DNA of 64,000 nt from Pseudomonadota bacterium. GTDB lineage: Bacteria > Pseudomonadota > Gammaproteobacteria > Steroidobacterales > Steroidobacteraceae. The position numbers and the translations under genes were made by a program. Positions within the stretch are counted from its first letter, which is position 1; each line of letters opens with the position of its first letter. The DNA lies in NCBI GenBank assembly GCA_023433515.1, contig JAEZCN010000191.1:214-64213 (forward strand), given 5' to 3'. The notes below the pieces were generated by a model. That model had not been told where the DNA came from and searched no databases. It was given only the letters and a program-made list of their open reading frames with translations. Shown in pieces: positions 18,725 through 26,511 of the stretch.

Positions 18725-19288
18725 ATGGTGGTGGAAACGGCGCAGACGCCAGTGACCGAGCTGCTGGCCCGCAGCCGCGCCGGCGACGCGGGCGCGCTCG
18801 ATGTGGCATTCGCGGCGGTGTACGAGCAGCTCAAGCAGGCCGCGCGCAAACAACTGCGCAAGCAGCGCCGCGCGTTCCAGACCACGGCGCTCGTACACGA
18901 GGCCTGGCTGAAGCTGGCCGGCAACGCCGCATTGGAACCCTCCGACCGCAATCACCTGATGGCCCTTTCCGCCCGTGCCATGCACCACGTGCTGGTGGAC
19001 CATGCGCGCGAGATCCACGCCGCCAAGCGCGGCGGCGGCGAACAGGCCGTGACGCTGACGGACTGCGCGGCGATCCAGCCGCAGGCGGAAGTCGAGGTGC
19101 TGGCGCTGCACGAGTTGCTCGAGGAACTGCGGCGTTTCGATCCGCGCGCCGCGCAGATCGTCGAGCTGCGCTACTTCGGTGGTTACGAGGAACCGGAGAT
19201 CGCCACGCTGCTGGAAGTCAGCGAATCCACCGTGCAGCGCGACTGGCGCCGTACCCGCGCCTGGCTCGCGGCCAGACTTGGGCACTGA
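18725..19288 (+). CDS. ECF sigma factor of the kinase-associated type (Sigma70_ECF / TIGR02999-like)
   Basis: TELLARSRAGDAGALDVAFAAVYEQLKQAARKQL...LVHEAWLKL...IVELRYFGGYEEPEIATLLEVSESTVQRDWRRTRAWLAARL. No anti-sigma gene is adjacent. Its stop TGA is directly followed by the kinase ATG. Confidence 0.9.
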   Translation: MVVETAQTPVTELLARSRAGDAGALDVAFAAVYEQLKQAARKQLRKQRRAFQTTALVHEAWLKLAGNAALEPSDRNHLMALSARAMHHVLVDHAREIHAAKRGGGEQAVTLTDCAAIQPQAEVEVLALHELLEELRRFDPRAAQIVELRYFGGYEEPEIATLLEVSESTVQRDWRRTRAWLAARLGH

Positions 19289-22192
19289 ATGGATACCCAC
19301 CGCGGTCCGCTGGCGATGCGCATCTTCGAGCAGCTCATCGAGCTGTCACCGGAGCGGCGTGCGGCGGGACTCGACGAATTGTGCGCGGACGATGCCGAGC
19401 TGCGTGCGCTGGTCGAAGCCATGCTGGTCGCCGATGCCCAGGCCCAAGAGCCCTTCGGCGGCAACGCCGCGAAGTGGCAAGCGGAACTGCAGGGCCAGTC
19501 CGCGGCGGAGGCAGCGACAAACGCGCAGGTCGGCAAGACGATCGGCGCGTGGCGCATCGTCGGCGAGCTGGGTCGCGGCGGCATGGGCACGGTGTACACG
19601 GTTCAACGCAGCGACGGGGCTTATGCGCAAAAGGCGGCGCTGAAGCTGATCCGCAGCGCCTCCGATTCGCCGGCCGCGCGCGAGCGCTTCGTGCGCGAGC
19701 GGCAACTGCTCGCGCAGCTGCGCCATCCGCACATCGCCACCTTGCTGGACGGCGGCTTCAGCGCGGAGGGCGATCCGTACTTCGTCATGGAATACATCGA
19801 TGGCATGCCCATCGACCAGTGGTGTGACAAACACCAGCTGGGCCTGCGCGAGCGCATCGAACTATTCCTGCAGGCGCTGGACGCGGTGAGCTGCGCGCAT
19901 CGCAGCCTGATCATTCATCGCGACCTGAAGCCATCGAACCTGATGGTTGATGCCGACGGGCGGGTGAAGCTGCTGGACTTCGGCATCGCCAAACAACTCG
20001 ACGGCGCGGAGGCCACGGCCACCAGCGACCGCGCGCTGACCTTCGAATACGCCAGCCCCGAGCAGTTGCACGCCGCGCCCATCACCACGGCCACCGACGT
20101 GTGGCAACTGGGTATCGTGCTGCATCGGCTGCTGAGCGGCGCGCATCCGTTCGGCCTGCAACGCGACACGCCGCTGCCCAAGCAGTTGCAGTTGCTGGAG
20201 CGTGAGCCGGAACCGCTGACGCGCGCGGCGGCGCAGGCTGCGCCTGAACTGGCCGGCTTGCGCGGCGGATTGAGTCCGGAACTGCTGGCGAAGAACTTGC
20301 GCGGCCCGTTGACGCAGATCGTGCAGGGTTGTTTGCGGCGCATGCCGGAAGGGCGCTACGTCAGCGTCGACGCACTCGCCGAAGACTTGCGCCGTTGGTT
20401 GCGTCACCGACCGCTGCGCATCGTGCCACCTACACGCGCGCTGCGATTCCGCCTGTGGTGGCGTCGCAACCTCGTGATGGCCACGGCCGCGTCGCTGGTG
20501 TTGCTGGCCGTGCTCGGCGGCAGCGGCGCGGCGTTGTGGCAGGCGCGCGAGGCGCGGGCGCAGGCCGCCATCGCCGAGCAGCGGCGAATCGAGGCGGAAA
20601 GACAGAGCGCCAACGCGCGCGAGGTGATGGCATTCCTCAACGACACGCTCGCGGCCGCGGCGCCCGAGAACGCGCTCAGCACCGAAGTCAGCGTGCGGCA
20701 GCTGCTCGAACATGCACGCGCCAAGCTCGACGAGCGCGGCGCGGTCGACCCGCAGGTGCGCCAGGCGGTGCAGCGTATGCTCGGTCACCTGCACAACGCG
20801 GTTGGTGAAAAGCTCATCGCGCGGGAACTGCTGGAAGCTGGATTGGATGGGCAAGAGGCGCGCAGCCGCGAGGAAGCATTGGCGCTGGCGGAGGACCACA
20901 CCGTGCACGCCTTCGTCCTCGGCACGATGGATCTGGGCGAGGAGAGCCTGGCGGCGGCCGAACGGGCGGCCGAGCTCCGGCGACGTTTCGCGCCGGACGA
21001 TCCCATGCAGCAGTTCAAGGCGCTGGAAGCGCTCGGATTTGCCCACCATCGAGCCCGCGACGTCGAGAACGCGGAGAAACAATGGCTGCAGGCGATCGAG
21101 CTGGCGAAAGGAATTCCCGATCCCTCCCCGGACGATTTCTCGAGCGTCATCAACGTCTACCAGATGCTGAGCAGGCAGTCGGTTTTTACGGGCGATTTCG
21201 CCCGCGCCCTGCAACTGGCTGAAGAAGGACTGGCCCTTCTCCAGAGTCGCGGCCTTCCGCCGCAGTCACCCTGGCGGTCGGCGCTGCTGCACGCCAAGGC
21301 CAATGCGCTCAGCATCAATGGCGATGCCGCTGCCGCCGAACCACTGCTTCGCGAAGCCATCGCCATCCATACGAAGACTGTGGGCGCCTTCGGCAACGAA
21401 GCAGGCACATTGCATGGCGCATTGGGCATCGTATTGAACGAACTGGGCCGATACCGCGAGGCGGCCGAAGAGGTGGAGCGCGAGCACCAGCTCAATGCGG
21501 CCTCCGTCGAAGCGCCGCTGCAACGAGCGATCAACCTCACCAACCTTGGCGCGATATACGAGAACGCCGGCGACTATCCACGGGCGCTGACATTGTTCGA
21601 GGAAAGTCTCGCCATCCTCGATGAGGGTGGTGTCGGCAAGGAGGAGGCCCGCCGGCGCCAACTGGAGCGCAACTACGCGCGCGGCCTGGCCTTGGCTGGC
21701 CGGTTCGCCGAGGCGGATGCGCTACTGCGCCGGCTGCAGACCGCCGCGCGGCGGCTCGACGGTGAGGATTCGGCAGAATACGCGCTGCTGACCTGGAACC
21801 GCGTGGTGCTGGCGCGGTACAGCGGTGACACCGCCAACGGTCTTCGTTTGCTGGACGAAGCGAAGGCCAAATGGGCCAAACTCGTCCCCGACACGCATCC
21901 CGTGTTCACCCAGGTCCTGCGCTATGGCGCCGCCTTTGCGCGGCAGCGCGGAGACCTCGCCGCGGCGGAGCGCGACCAGCGCGAAGCGGTGCGGCGATTC
22001 GAGGCCGGCGCCGTGCCGGTCAACCTCGCCATCGCCCGCGCCGAACTGGCCGCGGTCCGCTTTGAGCGCGGCGACCGCGCCGAAGCCCGCGCGCTGCTCG
22101 GGCAAGCCATGCCCGTGCTGCGCGATTCAGTGTTGCCGCAGGACGTGAACCGCAAACAGGCCGAGGCGTTGGCGCGCACGCTGGGTGTGTAG
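19289..22192 (+). CDS. Ser/Thr protein kinase with one TM segment and a long TPR-like C-terminal region (967 aa)
   Basis: Hanks motifs: GELGRGGMGTVY, AALKLIR, HRDLKPSNLMV, DFGIAK, YASPEQ. TM segment VMATAASLVLLAVLGGSGAALW. TPR-like repeats run to the C-terminus. Confidence 0.9.
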   Translation: MDTHRGPLAMRIFEQLIELSPERRAAGLDELCADDAELRALVEAMLVADAQAQEPFGGNAAKWQAELQGQSAAEAATNAQVGKTIGAWRIVGELGRGGMGTVYTVQRSDGAYAQKAALKLIRSASDSPAARERFVRERQLLAQLRHPHIATLLDGGFSAEGDPYFVMEYIDGMPIDQWCDKHQLGLRERIELFLQALDAVSCAHRSLIIHRDLKPSNLMVDADGRVKLLDFGIAKQLDGAEATATSDRALTFEYASPEQLHAAPITTATDVWQLGIVLHRLLSGAHPFGLQRDTPLPKQLQLLEREPEPLTRAAAQAAPELAGLRGGLSPELLAKNLRGPLTQIVQGCLRRMPEGRYVSVDALAEDLRRWLRHRPLRIVPPTRALRFRLWWRRNLVMATAASLVLLAVLGGSGAALWQAREARAQAAIAEQRRIEAERQSANAREVMAFLNDTLAAAAPENALSTEVSVRQLLEHARAKLDERGAVDPQVRQAVQRMLGHLHNAVGEKLIARELLEAGLDGQEARSREEALALAEDHTVHAFVLGTMDLGEESLAAAERAAELRRRFAPDDPMQQFKALEALGFAHHRARDVENAEKQWLQAIELAKGIPDPSPDDFSSVINVYQMLSRQSVFTGDFARALQLAEEGLALLQSRGLPPQSPWRSALLHAKANALSINGDAAAAEPLLREAIAIHTKTVGAFGNEAGTLHGALGIVLNELGRYREAAEEVEREHQLNAASVEAPLQRAINLTNLGAIYENAGDYPRALTLFEESLAILDEGGVGKEEARRRQLERNYARGLALAGRFAEADALLRRLQTAARRLDGEDSAEYALLTWNRVVLARYSGDTANGLRLLDEAKAKWAKLVPDTHPVFTQVLRYGAAFARQRGDLAAAERDQREAVRRFEAGAVPVNLAIARAELAAVRFERGDRAEARALLGQAMPVLRDSVLPQDVNRKQAEALARTLGV

Positions 22193-22215
22193 GTCCCGGG
22201 CGGGACAAGTCTCGC

Positions 22216-22659
22216 TTAGTCGACGAACACCGTCGGTGATCCCTGGATGACCTTGCCAGCAGGCGACGGGTGAGCCACATTTACTGCATCACCGACGCGG
22301 GCTACTGGCTTGCCGCCACCGTTGAGCCGGACCGTCGGGCCTTTAACCTGAGCCATGCTGCCAGCCTGGAGCGTGGCCATCATGTTGCTCTTCAGGAGTA
22401 AATCCGCCCCCGCCTGGATGGTGAGTGCCTGGGCACTCTTGATCGTCAGCGAGTTGCCGTTGATGGTGATGAACGAGCGCAGTTGAGCGTTCTGCTTCTC
22501 GAGCTCGGCGATTCTCTTTTCCATGGCCGCGAGCCGGGTTTCGACGGGGCTTTGAGCGTCAGCCGCCTGCCGGCCACTTGCTTCCCTTGAGACGGCGAAA
22601 ACTCCGGCCAGTATGACGACAGCCATGGTGACTGCAAACGTACGTCCCTTTTTCGACAT
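22216..22659 (-). CDS. Small anchored protein: TM/signal, coiled coil, then beta-helix repeats with a PAAR-like tip (gp5/VgrG C-terminal-like by eye)
   Basis: The ATG at 22659 has a GGAGAGG SD. Sequence: MSKKGRTFAVTMAVVILAGVFAV; ETRLAAMEKRIAELEKQNAQLRSF; SLTIKSAQALTIQAGADLLLKSNMMATLQAGSMAQVKGPTVRLNGGGKPVARVGDAV...GKVIQGSPTVFVD. Confidence 0.6.
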   Translation of the reverse strand: MSKKGRTFAVTMAVVILAGVFAVSREASGRQAADAQSPVETRLAAMEKRIAELEKQNAQLRSFITINGNSLTIKSAQALTIQAGADLLLKSNMMATLQAGSMAQVKGPTVRLNGGGKPVARVGDAVNVAHPSPAGKVIQGSPTVFVD

Positions 22660-22787
22660 GGTTGAAACCTCTCCGCTGATGCGCGCGGCTTGATGATGGT
22701 AGTTAGTCAAATACGCTCTGATTGGTGGCGACATTGAAAGCCTCCGGCTTGAAGTTCATGAAGGTGTTGAGCGACGCGATGCGATCG

Positions 22788-24068
22788 TCACTTGATGAGC
22801 GTCAGCGTGCAGCTCCACGGTTCTGTGATGAGGATCTGGCCGCCGATGACATTGCGGCCCGGCGGCAGGGTGAGCGTGCCGCTGGTCTCGTCCTGGTTGA
22901 GGGTGATGTGGTACGGGCCCTCGCCGATGGCGCCGGAATGTTTCCAGTCCCAGGTGCCGGCTCTCTCGCCGGTGGGTGTGAACCGGAAGGACACGCCGTT
23001 CGTCCGCGCATGGAAAGGTCCATCGACGTCGGGAATTTCGCCTTGCAGCGCGCAACCGCCGATCACATAACCCTTCTTGCAGTTGTTCGCGCTGCGGCGG
23101 ATCTGGTTCATGCGCTGCTCGACGAGTTGCTCGAGCTCATGTTTGGACCATTCGAGGGCCGGGCCGCTCAGCAGCCCGACCACTGGCGTGAGAATGCCGG
23201 CGACCGCGCCGGTCACCGTGTTGACGCCTCGCACTGTGTCGTCGGCGATGATGTCCGCGCGCATCTCGTCGAGCTGTTTCAGGATCTTCTCTTTCTCACC
23301 GGGGGCCCACTGTGCACCGCGCGGATTGCTCTCGATGCACTTGCGCAGTTCGTCGAGTTCCTTGATGCGTTTGAGCGCTTCCCTGGAGAGCTTGCCCAGA
23401 TCATTGGCCGCGTTGGCCACGGTGATCTGCGCGCTGATCCTGCCGCCCAACCTGGCGCCGAAGGTCTTGTTGAGCAGCCTGTCGCGGACTTCGTCGCTGG
23501 CCGTCTCCGAGACCCATCGCTGGAACACCTCGCCGAAGCCGCCGGAGAACTGCTGCGCATGAGCTCTGGGGATGAGCAAGTCGATGAGGTCGAACTCACG
23601 CGTCCGCAGCGCGGGCGGCAGGGCGGAGGCCAGTGTCATGGGGATGTCCGCCTCCGGCACGTAGTAGCGGATCGCGAGTGCGACGCGGCCTGGTTCCACC
23701 GAGGATTCCAGGATCTCTGCCGGTTTGACCTCGCTGGCATCGACCCGGCGCACGCGCAACTCGATGCGCGAAGTGTCGCCCCAGGGATAGGTGAGCACGA
23801 CATGCGCGACGCCCGGCTCTGGGCTGCTGCTATTCCAGGTAGTCAGGGCCAGCACGCGAGCTTCGTCTGGCTCGGCGCCCGCGTCGATCAGCTTCTGCAC
23901 GATGGCCGGATCCGGCGTGCCGTCCGGATTCGGTTCGGGCGCGACGGGAAGTTGCGCTTTCGCCGCGGGTGGAGTCCGATTCTCAGCCGGTGCATTGCCG
24001 CCGCAGCTGGCGAGCACCAGCATCATCGGAGCGAGCAGGGCGATGCGTTTCATCGTGACGCTTCTCAT
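22788..24068 (-). CDS. Uncharacterised lipoprotein, paralog B1 of the duplicated module
   Basis: MRSVTMKRIALLAPMMLVLASCGG (lipobox). The start ATG overlaps the stop of A1 (ATGA at 24065-24068). It has long identical runs with B2. An alternative ATG lies at 24053. Confidence 0.75.
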   Translation of the reverse strand: MRSVTMKRIALLAPMMLVLASCGGNAPAENRTPPAAKAQLPVAPEPNPDGTPDPAIVQKLIDAGAEPDEARVLALTTWNSSSPEPGVAHVVLTYPWGDTSRIELRVRRVDASEVKPAEILESSVEPGRVALAIRYYVPEADIPMTLASALPPALRTREFDLIDLLIPRAHAQQFSGGFGEVFQRWVSETASDEVRDRLLNKTFGARLGGRISAQITVANAANDLGKLSREALKRIKELDELRKCIESNPRGAQWAPGEKEKILKQLDEMRADIIADDTVRGVNTVTGAVAGILTPVVGLLSGPALEWSKHELEQLVEQRMNQIRRSANNCKKGYVIGGCALQGEIPDVDGPFHARTNGVSFRFTPTGERAGTWDWKHSGAIGEGPYHITLNQDETSGTLTLPPGRNVIGGQILITEPWSCTLTLIK

Positions 24069-25195
24069 TTCACCAGCGACTTGAAGACTTCCGCGTTCTG
24101 TTCGATCAGGTCACGCAGCTGGTAGTACTCGCCGCGCCTGGCTTGATTGCCCAGTCGGATGACGATGTATTGCGGCTCGCCGGCCGCCTTGGACTTGTCC
24201 AGGTAGTTCGGGCTCGGTTTGACCGGTACTTGAACGCCGGAGCCAACTTGTGATGCATCGAGGAATTCGTAGCCCGCCTCGTAAGTCATGCGCACGATGG
24301 CCGGCTGCTGCAGCCATGCCGCTGGCTGCTTCAGCAACTGCTGGTAACGGGCAATGGGCTTTTCGTATGTCGTGGCGAGAATGCTGTTGATCGTCGCGTG
24401 ATCGACCGGCTGTCCGGCGCCGGTGTAACCGCGTGTCATGTCGCTGCGTGTGTGCGCCGCGCCGACTTGCAGGATGCCGATCTGCTTGCGCAGGAATTCC
24501 TCGCGGGTCACATAGGCGAAGGGCAACTGACCGCCGCGGGTGAACCAGTAGATGTCGGTGTATTCACCGCGGATATGGAAGTGGCCGTTCTTCGGCTGCG
24601 GCAGGCCATCGACGAGCCATTCGTCCAGCAGCGTGTAGAAGCCGAATTGCGAATCCTCGCCTGTGCCGTCACCGTTCGGGCTGTCCGGGGTGAACTTGTC
24701 GGGCACCCGGTAGGGACCATGGTGCAGGCCGTCGTTGATGGTGACGTAGGCGGAAAAACCATAGTGCCCGTCCTTGAAGAACTTGCCGTTGGACAGGCAG
24801 CCATACGGGTAGCTGAGCACGTGGAAATTCCATGGGTGCATGTTCGCGGGCATTCCGTGATTGCGCGTGAACACGGTGCCGCCGGTGCGGGTCTCGAAAC
24901 CGTTCGGTGCGAAACCGGCGAAGATTGGCTTGATCTTCGCCAGCACCGCGCCCGCGCCAGCGGGGCTGGGAGCGTAAGCCTCATCCTTGCGTGCGGCGGC
25001 GGTGCGACCCACCGCGTTCGCGTCGCAATTGGCCTGCATCTGCGCCAGCGGCACGGCCGGGCCGGAAGGTACCGGCTTGACGTCGGCGGATATGGCGCGG
25101 GAGGCGCCTTGCGAGTGCGCCGCGAGCGGCAGGACGCAGCCGAGGGTAGTTAGTGCCAGTGTGGCGGTGATGGCGAATTTCGTGTCGGGTTTCAT
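24065..25195 (-). CDS. Uncharacterised exported protein, paralog A1 of the duplicated module (376 aa)
   Basis: An internal ATG at 25195 gives MKPDTKFAITATLALTTLGCVLPLAAHSQGA. The upstream 197 codons of listed ORF 24065..25786 overlap B2 and are Arg-rich junk. It is homologous to A2 throughout. Confidence 0.75.
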   Translation of the reverse strand: MKPDTKFAITATLALTTLGCVLPLAAHSQGASRAISADVKPVPSGPAVPLAQMQANCDANAVGRTAAARKDEAYAPSPAGAGAVLAKIKPIFAGFAPNGFETRTGGTVFTRNHGMPANMHPWNFHVLSYPYGCLSNGKFFKDGHYGFSAYVTINDGLHHGPYRVPDKFTPDSPNGDGTGEDSQFGFYTLLDEWLVDGLPQPKNGHFHIRGEYTDIYWFTRGGQLPFAYVTREEFLRKQIGILQVGAAHTRSDMTRGYTGAGQPVDHATINSILATTYEKPIARYQQLLKQPAAWLQQPAIVRMTYEAGYEFLDASQVGSGVQVPVKPSPNYLDKSKAAGEPQYIVIRLGNQARRGEYYQLRDLIEQNAEVFKSLVK

Positions 25196-25215
25196 GGTCT
25201 TCTGCCTTGGCTCGT

Positions 25216-26511
25216 TCATCCGTCGCAGTCGTCGATCTGTGTCCAGACGGCCTTGCCGGGTGGTTGCTGGATGCAGGCGCCCGTCGGGAGACAGACCGTT
25301 CCCTGGTAAGTCGCGGACATCCGGTTCTTGTCGCCGGTGAGCGTGTAAGTGCCGTCGCCGCGGACGCCGCTGTGATTGAAGTTGAATGAGCCGCTGCGTG
25401 CGCTCGAGGGCGTGTGTGTCATCGAGCCGCCGCAAGCGGCGAACGTGAATGGCTTCGTCACGTCGCAGACCTTCCATGGGCCGCGGCAGTCGCCGACGCC
25501 ATCGATCACGTAAGAGTTCTTGTCGCACTCGGGCGCGCTGCGGCGAATCTCGTTCATGCGCTGCTTGACGAGTTGTTCCAGCTCGTCTTGCGACTGCGCG
25601 AGCGCGGGGCCCGTCAGGAAACCGACGATCGGGGTGAGCGCACCGGCCACGACGCCGGTAACGGTGTTCACGCCCCTCACCGTATCGTCGGCAATGATTT
25701 CCGCGCGGGCCGCGTCGAGCTGCTTGAGGATCTTCTCCTTCTGACCGGCAACCCACTGCGCACCGCTCGGGTTGCTCTCGATGCATTTGCGCAGCTCGTC
25801 GAGGTCCCTGAGTCGCTTGCGCGCCTTCTCGGAAAGCTCGTGCAGCTCCTTGCCCGCATTGGCCACGTTGATCGCGGCGCCGACCCGGCCGCCGGCCTTC
25901 GTGCCGAGCATCTTTTCGAGCAGCTTGTCGCGTACTTCGTCACTGGCCGTCTCGGTGAGCCAGCGCTGGAACACTTGCCCGTAGCCGCCGGAGAACTGCT
26001 GCGCGTGCGCGGCCGGGATCAGCAAGCCGATGAGATCGAGTTCGCGCGTGCGCAAAGCCGGCGGCAGCGCGGAGGCGTGCGTCATCGGGATGTCCGCTTC
26101 CGGCACGTAGTAGCGGATCGCGAGGGCTACTCGGCCTGGCTCGACCGACGCTTCCAGGATTTCCGCCGCCTGGACATCGCCGGCATCGACGCGAACGACG
26201 CGCAACTCGATGCGCGAGGTGTCGCCCCACGGGTAGGTGAGCACGACATGCGCCACTCCAGGCTCGGGATTGCTGGCGTTCCAGGTAGTCAGGGCCAGCA
26301 GGCGCGCTTCGTCCTGTTCGACACCCGCGTCGATCAGCTTCTGCACGACGGCCGGGTCAGGCGTGCCGTCCGGGTTCGGCTCGGGCGCGACGGGCTGGCC
26401 CGCACCTTGCGTCGCGGTTTGCGCCGCATCGGGCGTGGTCTTGCCGCTGCAAGCGACGAGGGTCAGCAGCATCGCGGCCAGCAACCCGATGCGTGTCTTC
26501 GCCGCGCCCAT
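25216..26511 (-). CDS. Uncharacterised lipoprotein, paralog B2 of the duplicated module
   Basis: MGAAKTRIGLLAAMLLTLVACSGK (lipobox). The ATG directly abuts the TAG stop of A2 at 26512. The C-terminal ~95 aa are Cys-rich and unlike B1. Confidence 0.75.
   Translation of the reverse strand: MGAAKTRIGLLAAMLLTLVACSGKTTPDAAQTATQGAGQPVAPEPNPDGTPDPAVVQKLIDAGVEQDEARLLALTTWNASNPEPGVAHVVLTYPWGDTSRIELRVVRVDAGDVQAAEILEASVEPGRVALAIRYYVPEADIPMTHASALPPALRTRELDLIGLLIPAAHAQQFSGGYGQVFQRWLTETASDEVRDKLLEKMLGTKAGGRVGAAINVANAGKELHELSEKARKRLRDLDELRKCIESNPSGAQWVAGQKEKILKQLDAARAEIIADDTVRGVNTVTGVVAGALTPIVGFLTGPALAQSQDELEQLVKQRMNEIRRSAPECDKNSYVIDGVGDCRGPWKVCDVTKPFTFAACGGSMTHTPSSARSGSFNFNHSGVRGDGTYTLTGDKNRMSATYQGTVCLPTGACIQQPPGKAVWTQIDDCDG

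Noticed and set aside
19862-21214. 450-aa minus-strand ORF
   Set aside because: It is antisense to the Ser/Thr kinase gene, which carries unambiguous Hanks motifs.
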